From Actinomycetota bacterium (GTDB taxonomy: Bacteria > Actinomycetota > AC-67), in the NCBI GenBank assembly GCA_036397035.1, contig DASWJS010000014.1:36014-100013 (forward strand): a stretch of DNA of 64,000 nucleotides, read 5' to 3'. A program made the position numbers and the translations under genes. Position 1 is the stretch's first letter. Every line of letters starts with the position of its first letter. The notes under the pieces were generated by a model, which was not told where the DNA came from, searched no databases, and worked only from the letters and a program-made list of their open reading frames with translations. Positions 1 to 9,694 of this stretch are shown here, in pieces.

Positions 1-736
1 AGGTGTCGGGCGCCCAGAAGTGGAACGGGACCGCGGAGACCTTGAACGCGAAGCCGGCGACGATCAGCAAGATGCTCGCCGTGACGAGCGGCGCGTCGCC
101 CTGGGCGCGCAGCGCCTCGGCGATCGCGCTGAGGTTGGTCGACCCGGTGACGCCGTAGATCAGCGACATGCCGAAGAGCATCACGGCCGAGGACAGCACG
201 CCGAACAGGAAGAACTTCACCGCGGCTTCGTTCGAGCGGTCGTCGGCCTTCTTGAAGCCGGCCATCACGAACCCGGGGATGCTCACCAGCTCCAGCGCCA
301 CGAACAGCGCCAGCATGTCGCGCGCGCTTGCCATCGCGACCATGCCCAGCAGACTCGACAGCAGCAGGAAGTAGAACTCGCCCTGGATGCGCTCGGCTCG
401 TTCGGCGAGGTAGGTGACTGAGATCAGGATCGTCAGGCCGCCGACCGCGAGGAACAGGAACTTGAACAGCATCGCGTAGCCGTCGAGGACGAACATGCCG
501 CCGAAGGTCTCGCGCCCGCCGGCGGGCCGGTCCCCCACCAGCGTCGCCAGCGCGATCGCCGCGGCCCCGATTCCCAGCGCCGAGACCACCGCGTTGAGCG
601 GCTTCGCGCGCGAGGGAAGGAACAGGTCGACGACGAGCACGACGACCGCCGCGACGGTCAGCGCGATCTCCGGCGCGATCGCGTGAAGGTCGACGTTCAG
701 CAGCGCGTCGGTGGAGACCTGGGCGAGGACGCTCAT
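1..736 (-). CDS. nuoN: NADH-quinone oxidoreductase subunit N (5' part; gene runs off window start)
   Basis: Hand translation of the minus strand from ATG at 736-734 gives MSVLAQVSTDALLNVDLHAIAPEIALTVAAVVVLVVDLFLP...AGFAFKVSAVPFHFWAPDT. Polytopic membrane protein with the NuoN/ND2-type PFHFW-PD motif. Starts 1 nt after the nuoM stop. Not in the ORF track because it has no in-window stop. Confidence 0.75.
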   Translation of the reverse strand, partial: MSVLAQVSTDALLNVDLHAIAPEIALTVAAVVVLVVDLFLPSRAKPLNAVVSALGIGAAAIALATLVGDRPAGGRETFGGMFVLDGYAMLFKFLFLAVGGLTILISVTYLAERAERIQGEFYFLLLSSLLGMVAMASARDMLALFVALELVSIPGFVMAGFKKADDRSNEAAVKFFLFGVLSSAVMLFGMSLIYGVTGSTNLSAIAEALRAQGDAPLVTASILLIVAGFAFKVSAVPFHFWAPDT

Positions 737-737
737 C

Positions 738-2264
738 TCAGAACAAGCTCGCGAGGGCCGTCACGGCGTCGTTGGTCATGTCCAGCACCGCTCGCGGGAA
801 GACGCCGAGCGCGACGATGCCAACGAGCAGCGGCGCCCACGCGACCCACTCCATCGTCCGCACGTCGTCGATCGAGGCGTCGGCCGCCCACTTCTCGCGC
901 AACTGGCCGAGCCCGAGCCGCCGAATCAGCCAGAGCATGTAGCCCGCGGTCAGGATCGTGCCGACGCCGCCGAGCACCATGTACGAGCGGTAGAGCCCCT
1001 GGTGGAGCCCGTCGGCCGGGCGGAAGGCGGCGAGCAGCGCCAGCACCTCGCCCCAGAAGCCCGCCAGGCCGGGCAGGCCGAGCGAAGCGATCCCGGCGAA
1101 GACGAACACCGCTCCCATCCGCGGGATCTTCGTCAGCAGCCCCGGCCCGATGTCGTCGATGACGCGCGTGTGGTAGCGCTCGTACATCGACCCCGCGAGG
1201 AAGAACAGCATCCCGGTAATGAGGCCGTGGGCCACCATGCCGAAGACGGCCGCGTTGATCCCGACGTCGGTCAGCGTCGATATGCCGAGCATCACGAAGC
1301 CCATGTGACCCACCGAGGAGAACGCGATCAGCCGCTTGATGTCCTTCTGCGCCAGGCAGCACAGCGCGCCGTACAAGATCGAGATCACCGCCAGCGCGCC
1401 GATGTAGGGGGCCCACGTGCGCGCCGCGTCGGGCAGCAGGGGCAGCGCGATGCGGATGAAGGCGTAGGTCCCCATCTTCAGCAGGACGCCGGCAAGCAGG
1501 ACCGAGCCGACCGTCGGCGCGTCGCCGTGCGCGTCGGGGAGCCACGTGTGGAACGGCCACATCGGCACCTTGATCGCGAAGCCGAGGAACAGGCCCAGGA
1601 ACACCAGGTGCTGGAACCCGACCCCGCCGAAGGTCTGGCCCTGCAGCAGGATCATGTCGAAGGTGTGGTTGCCGTCGGGCCCGACCGAGCGGAAGTACAT
1701 CGCCAGAAAGCCCAGCAGCATGAACACCGACCCGAACAGCGTGTAGAGGAAGAACTTGATCGCGGAGTATTCCTTCCGCTCGCTCCCCCAGATGGAGATG
1801 ATGAAGTACATCGGGACGAGCACCATCTCCCAGAAGACGAAGAACAGCACCAGATCCAGCGAGGTGAACGTGCCGGCCATGCCGGTCTCCAGCAGCAGGA
1901 CCAGCGCGAAGAAGCCCTTGAGGCGCCCTTCGGGCTTCGGGGGAACGCGCAACGTGTAGAGCACGCACAGGAAGGTCAGTAGCGCCGTCAGGACGACCAG
2001 CGGCAGCGAGATGCCGTCGATGCCCATGTGGTAGCGGGCGAAGATCGTCTCGATCCAGCTCGTGTCGACCTCGAACTGGAACGCGCCCGTGCGATCGAAG
2101 TCGAACCGCGCGAGCGCGACCAGCGAGAACACGAAGGCCGCGCCGGACGCGACCACCGCGAGCGCCTTCATCGCGACCTCGTTGCCGCGCGGCACCAGCG
2201 CGATCAGCACGCCTCCCACCAGCGGCGTGAACACCACCAGCGAGAGCAACCAGTCGTCGAACAT
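738..2264 (-). CDS. nuoM: NADH-quinone oxidoreductase subunit M
   Basis: 508-aa polytopic protein with ND4/NuoM hallmarks (WLPDAH..APT, MYERYHTRVIDDIGPGL). Lies between nuoL and nuoN. Confidence 0.85.
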   Translation of the reverse strand: MFDDWLLSLVVFTPLVGGVLIALVPRGNEVAMKALAVVASGAAFVFSLVALARFDFDRTGAFQFEVDTSWIETIFARYHMGIDGISLPLVVLTALLTFLCVLYTLRVPPKPEGRLKGFFALVLLLETGMAGTFTSLDLVLFFVFWEMVLVPMYFIISIWGSERKEYSAIKFFLYTLFGSVFMLLGFLAMYFRSVGPDGNHTFDMILLQGQTFGGVGFQHLVFLGLFLGFAIKVPMWPFHTWLPDAHGDAPTVGSVLLAGVLLKMGTYAFIRIALPLLPDAARTWAPYIGALAVISILYGALCCLAQKDIKRLIAFSSVGHMGFVMLGISTLTDVGINAAVFGMVAHGLITGMLFFLAGSMYERYHTRVIDDIGPGLLTKIPRMGAVFVFAGIASLGLPGLAGFWGEVLALLAAFRPADGLHQGLYRSYMVLGGVGTILTAGYMLWLIRRLGLGQLREKWAADASIDDVRTMEWVAWAPLLVGIVALGVFPRAVLDMTNDAVTALASLF

Positions 2265-2273
2265 GCTTTCCCC

Positions 2274-4310
2274 CTACGCGAATCGAATGAAGAGCAGCGC
2301 CAAGACCGCGGTGCCGCCGAACAGCACGGCCGCGTATCGCTGGACATTGCCCGATTGGACGTACCGGAGCAGGCCGCTGGACGTGCGCGCGCCGATGCCC
2401 ACGCCGTTCACCGCTCCGTCGATGACCTTCTGATCGACGACCGAATAGAGCCCGCGCGCGAACCAGGTCGCGGTCGCCGCGGCGCCGTTGACCGCGCCGT
2501 CGAACACGTTCTGGTTGAGCCAGTACATCGCGCCCGAGACCGTGTCCCGGACCGGCAGCACGATCGCGCGCATGTAGAACTCGTCCAGGTAGTACTTGTT
2601 GACGAGCAGCGTGTGGAACCAGCCGAGCCTCGTGACCGGATCGACCGCAGGCGCGGGCGCGTAGAGCCGGCGCCCGAACCAGATCCCGCCGACCGCGACC
2701 GCCAGCGACACGACGATCAGCACGATGTCGGCGCCCGGCACCTCGGTGACGCCCCCGACGGCGGCCCATGCGCCGAACCCGCTCTGGTTGCCCGGCAGCC
2801 CCGCGAAGCCGGCGACCGCGCCCAGGATCGCGAGCACCGTCAGCGGGATCGTCATGGTCTTGGGCGATTCGTGCGGGTGACCGTGCCCGCGGTACTCGCC
2901 CTCGAAGGTCAGGTGGAAGGCGCGCGACATGTAGAACGCGGTCAGGAACGCCGTGAGGATCCCCGAGCCGTACACGATGTAGCCGACGACGTCGGTGCCC
3001 GGCGAGTGCGCCGCGGTGCCCGCGCCCACGTGGAACGCCTCGGTCAGGATCTCGTCCTTCGACCAGAAGCCGGCCAGCGGGAAGATGCCGGCGAGCGCGA
3101 GCGACCCCACGCCGAACGTCCAGTAGGTGGTCGGCATGAACCTTCGCAGGCCCCCCATGTCGCTCATGTTGTTCGAGTGCACCGCATGGATGACCGATCC
3201 GGCTCCCAGGAACAGCAGCGCCTTGAACCACGCGTGCGTGAACAGGTGGAAGATCCCCGCGTTGCCCGCGCCGACCCCGAGCGCCGCCGACATGTACGCG
3301 AGCTGGCTGATCGTCGAATACGCGAGCACCTTCTTGATGTCGTCCTGGACCATCGCCAGCAGCGCCGCCATCAGCATCGTGAACGCGCCGATCAGCGCGA
3401 CGACGTTCAGCGCCGCCTCCGATCCCTCGAAGATCGGGAACGCGCGCGCGACCAGGAAGATCCCGGCGGTCACCATCGTCGCCGCGTGGATGAGCGCGCT
3501 GACCGGCGTCGGGCCCGCCATCGCGTCGGGCAGCCAGACGTGGAGCGGGAACTGCGCGCTCTTACCGATCGCGCCGCCGAACAGCAGGATCGCGCCCGCG
3601 GTCAGCGTCACCGTCCCGATCTCGCCGCCCTCGACCAGGTGCAGGATCTCGCCGATGTTGAACGTGCCGGCCGCGGCGAAGATCACGAAGATGCCGATGA
3701 GGAACGGGATGTCGCCGGTCTTGGTGACCACGAACGCCTTGATGGCCGCGTTGGCGTTCTCGCGCTCTTCCCAGTAGTGCCCGATCAGCAGGTACGAGCA
3801 GACACCGACCAGCTCCCAGCCGATCAAGAGCTGCAGCAGGTTGTTGCTGATCACCAGCAACAGCATCGAGCCGGTGAACAGGTTGAGCGCGGTGAAGTAC
3901 CACGTGAAGCGCGGCTCGCCCTTCATGTACCCGCTCGAATAGAGCTGCACCATCGCCGAGACGCCCGTCACGACCACGAACATCACCGCGGTCAGCCCGT
4001 TGACGAGCATCCCCAGCTCCAGGCTGAGCCCGCCGCCGAACGGGAACCAGTCCAGCGCGCGCTCGACCGTGGGCCCGCCGCCGCCGACGTAGTCGGCCAG
4101 CACCCACAGCGCGAGCACGAGGTCGGCGAGCATGAGCGTGATGCCGATCTCCGCGCCGCCTTTCGGCAGCCGCTTGCCGAACCACCAGATCAGCAGCAGC
4201 GACACGAACGGGATGGCCGGGATCAGCCAGGCGTGCTCGGTCGCCCAGTTGCCCGCGCCGGCGGCCAGCTCCAAGGCCGCCTCTTCCGCGGCGAGCAGCG
4301 CGCCTACCAC
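2274..4310 (-). CDS. nuoL: NADH-quinone oxidoreductase subunit L
   Basis: C-terminal ~650 aa of the 955-aa ORF is a typical NuoL/ND5 (WLPDAMAGPTPVSALIHAATMVTAG, long C-terminal amphipathic region). Probable GTG start at 4310 overlapping the nuoK stop; a TTG at about 4268 is an alternative. Confidence 0.8.
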   Translation of the reverse strand: MVGALLAAEEAALELAAGAGNWATEHAWLIPAIPFVSLLLIWWFGKRLPKGGAEIGITLMLADLVLALWVLADYVGGGGPTVERALDWFPFGGGLSLELGMLVNGLTAVMFVVVTGVSAMVQLYSSGYMKGEPRFTWYFTALNLFTGSMLLLVISNNLLQLLIGWELVGVCSYLLIGHYWEERENANAAIKAFVVTKTGDIPFLIGIFVIFAAAGTFNIGEILHLVEGGEIGTVTLTAGAILLFGGAIGKSAQFPLHVWLPDAMAGPTPVSALIHAATMVTAGIFLVARAFPIFEGSEAALNVVALIGAFTMLMAALLAMVQDDIKKVLAYSTISQLAYMSAALGVGAGNAGIFHLFTHAWFKALLFLGAGSVIHAVHSNNMSDMGGLRRFMPTTYWTFGVGSLALAGIFPLAGFWSKDEILTEAFHVGAGTAAHSPGTDVVGYIVYGSGILTAFLTAFYMSRAFHLTFEGEYRGHGHPHESPKTMTIPLTVLAILGAVAGFAGLPGNQSGFGAWAAVGGVTEVPGADIVLIVVSLAVAVGGIWFGRRLYAPAPAVDPVTRLGWFHTLLVNKYYLDEFYMRAIVLPVRDTVSGAMYWLNQNVFDGAVNGAAATATWFARGLYSVVDQKVIDGAVNGVGIGARTSSGLLRYVQSGNVQRYAAVLFGGTAVLALLFIRFA

Positions 4311-4609
4311 TTCAGCAGATCCACTTCGTCGACGTTGATGCTCTTGCGGTTGCGGAAGATCAGCAGCACGATCGCGAGCCCGACGCCGACCTCGGCGGCG
4401 GCGATCGTGATGACGAACAGGCTGAAGATCTGCCCGATGGCGACCTGGTCCTGGAGGTAGGCGTTGAACGCGACGAGGTTGATGTTGACCGAGTTGAGCA
4501 TCAGCTCGATCGACATCAGGACAAGGACCGCGTTCTTGCGCGCCAGCACACCGTAGACCCCGACGCTGAACAGGAACGCGCCGAGGGTGAGGATCCACGC
4601 GAGGCTCAT
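4304..4609 (-). CDS. nuoK: NADH-quinone oxidoreductase subunit K
   Basis: 101-aa protein with 3 TM helices and the NuoK signature (LMLNSVNINLVAF...AAEVGVGLAIVL). Confidence 0.9.
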   Translation of the reverse strand: MSLAWILTLGAFLFSVGVYGVLARKNAVLVLMSIELMLNSVNINLVAFNAYLQDQVAIGQIFSLFVITIAAAEVGVGLAIVLLIFRNRKSINVDEVDLLKW

Positions 4610-4612
4610 CGT

Positions 4613-5104
4613 CTAATCCCTCTTCGCCAGGACGATCGCGCCCACCAGGGCCGCGAGCAGCAGGACGGACACCAGCTCGAAGGGAAGGATGTAGCGCTCG
4701 AACAGCGACTGGCCGATGTCGTTGGTGCGAACGACCTGGTCGAGCGGGATCTTCTCGTCGCCGAAGGCGTCCCAGATCAGGTAGGTGAAGACCCCGAAGA
4801 TCGCGCCGGACGCCAGCAGCGCGATCCCCCGCTGCTGGTTGTCCAGCGTCGTCCGCCCGATCGGCGCCGCGGTCAGCATGAGCCCGAATAGCAGCAGGAC
4901 GATGATCGCGCCGACGTAGATCAGGATCTGCGTCCAGCCGACGAACTCGGCCCCCATGATCAGGAACAGCACGCCGATGCCGGCGAGCGCCACGACCAGG
5001 TACAGCGCGGCTCGCACGACGTTCTTGCTGACGACGACGGCCACCGCGGCGAGCGCGGTCAGCAGCGAGAAGCCGAGCGCGACGATCGCGGGCCAGGACG
5101 TCAT
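4613..5104 (-). CDS. nuoJ: NADH-quinone oxidoreductase subunit J
   Basis: 163-aa C-terminal part of the 379-aa ORF ([21 protein letters not shown]...). ATG at 5104-5102 overlaps the nuoI stop (ATGA). The upstream part of the track ORF is frame artefact. Confidence 0.85.
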   Translation of the reverse strand: MTSWPAIVALGFSLLTALAAVAVVVSKNVVRAALYLVVALAGIGVLFLIMGAEFVGWTQILIYVGAIIVLLLFGLMLTAAPIGRTTLDNQQRGIALLASGAIFGVFTYLIWDAFGDEKIPLDQVVRTNDIGQSLFERYILPFELVSVLLLAALVGAIVLAKRD

Positions 5105-5682
5105 TCGGCACCGCCCCCGTAGTCCTTGGCCTGCGCGGCAAGCTCCTTCGGATCCTCCGCGCCGTCGTCCAGCGCCGGGGGCGGCGGGACGAGCTTCATC
5201 CACTCGCCGAGCGTCGGCATCTCGTGGGTCAGCTCGGTGATGTCGTCGGTCGAGTACTCGAAGTGCGGCGACCAGAACAGCGCGTCGAACGGGCAGACCT
5301 CGACGCAGATCCCGCAGTACATGCACAGCGCGTAGTCGATCGCGAAGCGGTCGAGCATGTTCCGCGTCCGCGCGCGAGCGCCCGGCGTCTTCGGCGGCAC
5401 CTTCTCCTTGTGGGAGTCGATGTAGATGCACCAGTCGGGGCACTCGCGCGAGCACAGCATGCAGACCGTGCAGTTCTCTTCCTTCAGCGCGATGATCCCG
5501 CGTGTGCGCGGCGGCAGGTCCGGCTTCACGTGCGGGTACTGCTGCGTCGTCGCGGGCGTGAGCATCGTGCGCAGCGTGACGCTCAGCCCCTTGGCGAGGC
5601 CGTAGACGGCGCCGATCCCCTTCTTCGAGGCGATCGTGCGCTCCAGGGCGCGCAGCTTCTCGAGGCGCTCGGCGCTGATCAT
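5101..5682 (-). CDS. nuoI: NADH-quinone oxidoreductase subunit I (2x[4Fe-4S])
   Basis: Two ferredoxin motifs ([12 protein letters not shown] and [12 protein letters not shown]). Has a ~45-aa acidic/Pro-rich C-terminal extension. Confidence 0.9.
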   Translation of the reverse strand: MISAERLEKLRALERTIASKKGIGAVYGLAKGLSVTLRTMLTPATTQQYPHVKPDLPPRTRGIIALKEENCTVCMLCSRECPDWCIYIDSHKEKVPPKTPGARARTRNMLDRFAIDYALCMYCGICVEVCPFDALFWSPHFEYSTDDITELTHEMPTLGEWMKLVPPPPALDDGAEDPKELAAQAKDYGGGAE

Positions 5683-6690
5683 CTAGAAGGCCACCTTGAA
5701 GATCATCGTGAGCAGGATGTTCACCAAAGCGATCGGGATCAGGTACTTCCACGCCATCTTCTGGAGCTGGTCCTCGCGCAGGCGCGGGTAGGTCGCGCGC
5801 AGCCAGATGATGAAGAAGGCGAGCAGACCGACCTTGCCGAGCGTCCAGATCGGCGCCGGGATGAACGGGATCAGCAGCCCGTGCCAGCCGCCGAGGTAGA
5901 GCACCGTCGCCACCGCCGACAGCGCGACGATCCCCGCGTACTCGGCCAGCAGGAACATCGCGAAGCGCACGCCGGTGTACTCGGTCATGTGACCGAAAAT
6001 GATCTCGGAGTCCGCGATCGGCATGTCGAAGGGAGGGCGCGACAGCTCGGCGAGGCTCGCCAGCAAGAAGAGCGCGAAGCCGGCGAACTGCGGGATGACG
6101 AACCAGTAGCTGTCCTGCGCCTCGACGATCCCGACGAGTGAGATCGTGCCCGCCTGCATCGCGACGGCGCTCGCGGCGAGCACCAGCGGCAGCTCGTATG
6201 CGATGAGCTGCGCGGCGCCGCGGATCGCGCCGATGAGCGCGAACTTGTTGGCGCTCGACCAGCCCGCCATCAGCATGCCGATGACGCCGATCGCGCTGAT
6301 CGCCAGCACGAAGAACAGCCCGAGGTCGAAGTTCTCGCCCCAGATGCCGTTGGCGGGGTTGTCTCCGGGTCCGGGCCCGAAGGGCAGCACCAAGAACACC
6401 AGGATCGTGGGAACCAAGGCCACGATGGGTGCGACGGAGAAGACCTTGCGGTCGGCCGCCGCCGGGATGATGTCCTCCTTCTGGATGAACTTCACGCCGT
6501 CGGCGATGAGCTGCGCCCAGCCGTGAAACTTGCCGGCCTCCATCGGCCCGAGCCGCGACTGCATGTGCGCGAGCCCCTTGTGCTCGGCATAGCCCACGAC
6601 CATCGGCGCGGTCAGGAAGACGAGCAGCACCGCGACCACCTTGAAGACGAGCACGATCCAGGGGTTGGCGAACAGCTCGTTGAAGATCAC
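5683..6690 (-). CDS. nuoH: NADH-quinone oxidoreductase subunit H
   Basis: 335-aa polytopic protein with NuoH/ND1 motifs (MQSRLGPMEAG, AGWSSANKFALIGAIRGAAQLIAYE). Only a 22-nt gap to nuoD, with no room for nuoEFG. Confidence 0.9.
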   Translation of the reverse strand: MIFNELFANPWIVLVFKVVAVLLVFLTAPMVVGYAEHKGLAHMQSRLGPMEAGKFHGWAQLIADGVKFIQKEDIIPAAADRKVFSVAPIVALVPTILVFLVLPFGPGPGDNPANGIWGENFDLGLFFVLAISAIGVIGMLMAGWSSANKFALIGAIRGAAQLIAYELPLVLAASAVAMQAGTISLVGIVEAQDSYWFVIPQFAGFALFLLASLAELSRPPFDMPIADSEIIFGHMTEYTGVRFAMFLLAEYAGIVALSAVATVLYLGGWHGLLIPFIPAPIWTLGKVGLLAFFIIWLRATYPRLREDQLQKMAWKYLIPIALVNILLTMIFKVAF

Positions 6691-6712
6691 CGGCGCGCCC
6701 CCCTGCTCGTCC

Positions 6713-7906
6713 TCATCGATCGACGTCCCCGACGACGAAGAACACGCTGCCGAGCACCGCGATCAGGTCCGGCAGCAGGATCCCCTCCAGCAGGTACGGG
6801 ATCATCGAGACGTTGTGGAAGGACGGCGTGCGCATCTTGAGCCGCCACGGCTCCTTCTCACCACGCGAGACGAGGTAGTAACCCAGCTCGCCCAGCGAGT
6901 TCTCGACGCGCGTGTAGGTCCAGCCCTCCGGCGGCTGGATGTACTTCGGCATCTTGCCCGGCAGGATCGCGCCGGCCGGCATCTTGTCGTGCACCTGCTC
7001 GATGATCTTCAGCGACTCCTCGATGCGGCGGTACAGCACGACGAAGCGGTCGTAGCAATCGCCGTTCTCGCCAACCGGCACGTCGAAGTCGACCTCGTCG
7101 TATTTCAGGTAGGGCTCGGTCTTGCGGGCGTCCTCGGCCACCCCGGATGCCTGCAGGATCGGGCCGCTGACGCCGTAAGACTTGGCGACCTCGCCGGGCA
7201 GCACGCCGATGCCGACCGTGCGCTTGCGAAAGATCTCGTTGCCGAGCAGCAACCCGTCGTAGTCCAGCAGCCGGTGCCGGATCTTGCGGACCAGCGCGGC
7301 CGAGTGCTTCAGGAACCCCGCCGGCAGGTCCTCCTTCAGCCCGCCGACGCGGTTGTAGGTGAAGTGCATGCGCGCGCCGGTCGCGGCCTCCAGCAGGTTC
7401 TGGATGTCCTCGCGTTCGCGGAACGCCAGGAACATCGGCGTCATCGCGCCCAGCTCCAGCCCGAAGGAGCCGAGGAACATCAGGTGGTTCAGCACGCGGT
7501 TCCACTCGGCCATCAGCATCCGGATCCACTGCGCGCGCTCCGGCACCTCCATCTCCATCAGCTTCTCGACCGCCAGCACGACGCCAAGCTCGTTACCGAA
7601 GGCGCTCAGCCAGTCGTGGCGGTTGGACAGCGCGATGATCTGCCGGTAGTCGCGCACCTCCGAGAGCTTGTCGAAGGCGCGGTGCATGTAGCCGATGACC
7701 GGCGTGGCCGTGGCGATGCGCTCGCCGTCGAGCGTGAGCACGACGCGAAGCACGCCGTGGGTCGAGGGGTGCTGCGGCCCGATCGACAGCGTCATCTCTT
7801 GCGTGGCGAACTCCGCCTCGGCGCCGGCGATCACGACCTGGACGCCCTCGCCGGGGCCGCCGGGGATCGTTCCCGCCTGCCGCAGCTCGGTGGGCCCCGC
7901 CATCAT
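6713..7906 (-). CDS. nuoD: NADH-quinone oxidoreductase subunit D (49 kDa)
   Basis: 398 aa from MMAGPTEL.. with [18 protein letters not shown] and C-terminal RTPSFHNV motifs. ATG at 7906 is adjacent to the nuoC stop. The upstream 132 codons of the track ORF are frame artefact. Confidence 0.85.
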   Translation of the reverse strand: MMAGPTELRQAGTIPGGPGEGVQVVIAGAEAEFATQEMTLSIGPQHPSTHGVLRVVLTLDGERIATATPVIGYMHRAFDKLSEVRDYRQIIALSNRHDWLSAFGNELGVVLAVEKLMEMEVPERAQWIRMLMAEWNRVLNHLMFLGSFGLELGAMTPMFLAFREREDIQNLLEAATGARMHFTYNRVGGLKEDLPAGFLKHSAALVRKIRHRLLDYDGLLLGNEIFRKRTVGIGVLPGEVAKSYGVSGPILQASGVAEDARKTEPYLKYDEVDFDVPVGENGDCYDRFVVLYRRIEESLKIIEQVHDKMPAGAILPGKMPKYIQPPEGWTYTRVENSLGELGYYLVSRGEKEPWRLKMRTPSFHNVSMIPYLLEGILLPDLIAVLGSVFFVVGDVDR

Positions 7907-8406
7907 TGTGACGGTGACACCTCCTCCGGCTCCTTCTCGCCCGGCCACTCCTTGGCCTCGCGCGTCATCAGCTTGAAGTCCTTGCGCAGCGGATGGCCCT
8001 CGAACTCGACCGGCAGCAGCAGCTTCACCAGGTTCGGGTGCCCGGCGAAGTCGATGCCGAACAGCTCGTTCGTCTCGCGCTCGCACCAGTTGGCGCCGAG
8101 CCACACCTCCGACAGCGTCGGCAGCGACGGGTTCTCGCGCCCGAGCACCGTCTTGACGTTGACGTGGTGCTGGCGGCGGACCGAGTAGACGTGGAGCACG
8201 ACCTCGAAGCCCTCGGCCTCCAGGTCGACCGCGGTCAGGAACGTGCAGAAGTCGAAGTGGCAGTGCCCGCAGTCGCGCAGGTGCGTCGCGACTTCGACCC
8301 ACCGGGCGGGCGCTACCCAGACCGAGACCTCGCCGTGCGCGACCTCGCTGCGCTCGACGGCGCCGGTGGCGTCCGTGAGGTGCTGGACGATCTCGTCGGG
8401 GCTCAT
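7903..8406 (-). CDS. nuoC: NADH-quinone oxidoreductase subunit C (30 kDa)
   Basis: 167 aa from [10 protein letters not shown].. containing ERETNELFGIDFAGHPNL. ATG overlaps the nuoB stop. Confidence 0.85.
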   Translation of the reverse strand: MSPDEIVQHLTDATGAVERSEVAHGEVSVWVAPARWVEVATHLRDCGHCHFDFCTFLTAVDLEAEGFEVVLHVYSVRRQHHVNVKTVLGRENPSLPTLSEVWLGANWCERETNELFGIDFAGHPNLVKLLLPVEFEGHPLRKDFKLMTREAKEWPGEKEPEEVSPSQ

Positions 8407-8951
8407 CACTCGTCGCGGATCGCGGTCTGGTGGATGGGTCCGCCGCCGACCACGATCGGCTCGGTCGCGCGACGCCGCGCGAAGTGGTCCTTCAAGCTCT
8501 CCTGGCCGATGCGCTCCTGCAGCTTGAGGATCCCTTCGAGCAGCGCCTCGGGCCGCGGCGGGCACCCCGGCACGTAGACGTCGACCGGCACGATCTGGTC
8601 CACGCCCTTGGTCACCGAGTAGGAGTCCCAGAAGGGCCCGCCGCAGTTCGAGCACGACCCGAAGGAGATCACGTACTTCGGCTCGGGGATCTGCTCGTAG
8701 ACGCGCTTGAGCGCGGGCGCCATCTTGTCAGTCAGCGTCCCGGCGACGACGAGCATGTCGGCCTGGCGCGGCCCGTGCGCGACCGGGATCACGCCCAGGC
8801 GGATGAAGTCGTGCCGGCTGGTGGAGGCGGCGATCAGCTCGATCGCGCAGCACGCGAGCCCGAAGTTCATCACCCAGAGGCTGTACTTGCGGCCCCAGTT
8901 GAGGATGAACTTGGCGGGCTTCGGGAAGTTGACTTGCTCGACGAGCCCCAT
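8406..8951 (-). CDS. nuoB: NADH-quinone oxidoreductase subunit B (20 kDa, N2 cluster)
   Basis: 181 aa with [19 protein letters not shown] and VPGCPP cysteine motifs. Confidence 0.9.
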   Translation of the reverse strand: MGLVEQVNFPKPAKFILNWGRKYSLWVMNFGLACCAIELIAASTSRHDFIRLGVIPVAHGPRQADMLVVAGTLTDKMAPALKRVYEQIPEPKYVISFGSCSNCGGPFWDSYSVTKGVDQIVPVDVYVPGCPPRPEALLEGILKLQERIGQESLKDHFARRRATEPIVVGGGPIHQTAIRDE

Positions 8952-8972
8952 CAGTCGGTCACACCCACTCCC

Positions 8973-9344
8973 TCACACCCACTCCAGGACCTTCTTCTTC
9001 CATGCGTAGAGCAGGCCGACAGCCAGGATGACCACGAACACGATCATCTCCACCAGGACCAGCCCCGCGTTGGGGAACCGCTCGAAGATCGTGGCGAAGG
9101 GGAAGAGGAACACCGCCTCGACGTCGAAGATCACGAACAGGAAGGCGTAGATGTAGTAGCGGATCTGGGTCTGGCTCCAGCCCTCGCCGACGGGGTCCAC
9201 GCCGCACTCGTAGGTCGTGTACTTCTCGGGCCGGGCGAAGGTCGGCCGCATGATCCGGTTGACCAGAAACCCGACGGCGACAAAGCCCGCGCCGGCCACC
9301 GCGAGCACGCCCAGAGTCCCGTATTGCCAGAAGTAATCCGTCAC
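8973..9344 (-). CDS. nuoA: NADH-quinone oxidoreductase subunit A
   Basis: 123 aa from GTG at 9344 (VTDYFWQYGTLGVLAV...YECGVDP...YIYAFLFVIFDVEAVFLFP). A GGAG Shine-Dalgarno lies 6 nt upstream. The N-terminal 32 codons of the track ORF are probably not translated. Confidence 0.8.
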   Translation of the reverse strand: MTDYFWQYGTLGVLAVAGAGFVAVGFLVNRIMRPTFARPEKYTTYECGVDPVGEGWSQTQIRYYIYAFLFVIFDVEAVFLFPFATIFERFPNAGLVLVEMIVFVVILAVGLLYAWKKKVLEWV

Positions 9345-9466
9345 CTGAACTCCCCGTTCGCGCGCTCGTGCTCGCACCCTTGTGAAGGCGCTCACGAGCG
9401 GCGCGCGGCGCATCGTATCGCAGCCACTCCGACCACCCAAAACGGTGGGAAGCTAGGTGGCGTCGG

Positions 9467-9694
9467 TCAGAGCAACTCGATGAACTCCTGCCTGCTTATC
9501 CCTGCGACACGCAGAATCCCGTGAAGCGTGCCGGTCTTGAGATCGCGGTTGTGCATGGGGACGGACACGGCTTTCTTCAGCGCGGGGTGCACCATGATGT
9601 GGTGGGAACCGCGAACCCGATCCAGGCGCCAGCCCTTCTTCTCCAGCACCCGGACGAGTTCCCTCGGCTTGACCGCCGGCAGCTTCGCGCTCAC
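9467..9694 (-). CDS. hicA: HicA-family toxin (mRNA interferase, YcfA-like)
   Basis: PRELVRVLEKKGWRLDRVRGSHHIM...VPMHNRDLKTGTLHGILRVAGI fits the HicA fold and motif. Probable GTG at 9694 overlapping the hicB stop (GTGA). Confidence 0.7.
   Translation of the reverse strand: MSAKLPAVKPRELVRVLEKKGWRLDRVRGSHHIMVHPALKKAVSVPMHNRDLKTGTLHGILRVAGISRQEFIELL

Noticed and set aside
738-2264. Initial impression that the 508-aa protein directly after nuoL was nuoN and nuoM was missing from cluster 1
   Set aside because: The protein carries NuoM/ND4 motifs (MYERYHTRVIDDIGPGL). Translating the unlisted minus-strand frame at 1-736 reveals the real nuoN, running off the window edge. Cluster 1 therefore has both M and N.
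733-3231. 832-aa minus-strand ORF overlapping nuoM/nuoL, and similar very long ORFs (2028-4460 +, 24495-27635 +, 38140-40131 -, 38373-40421 +, 20207-21589 -, 22151-23731 -)
   Set aside because: Arg/Ala/Gly/Asp/His-rich low-complexity translations lying antisense or out-of-frame to well-supported genes. This is typical of open alternate frames in ~70% GC DNA.
9420-9446. Hairpin CCACC-caaaac-GGTGG between hicA and nuoA
   Set aside because: Short 5-bp stem with no following U-tract. Probably incidental; it may overlap the nuoA promoter.
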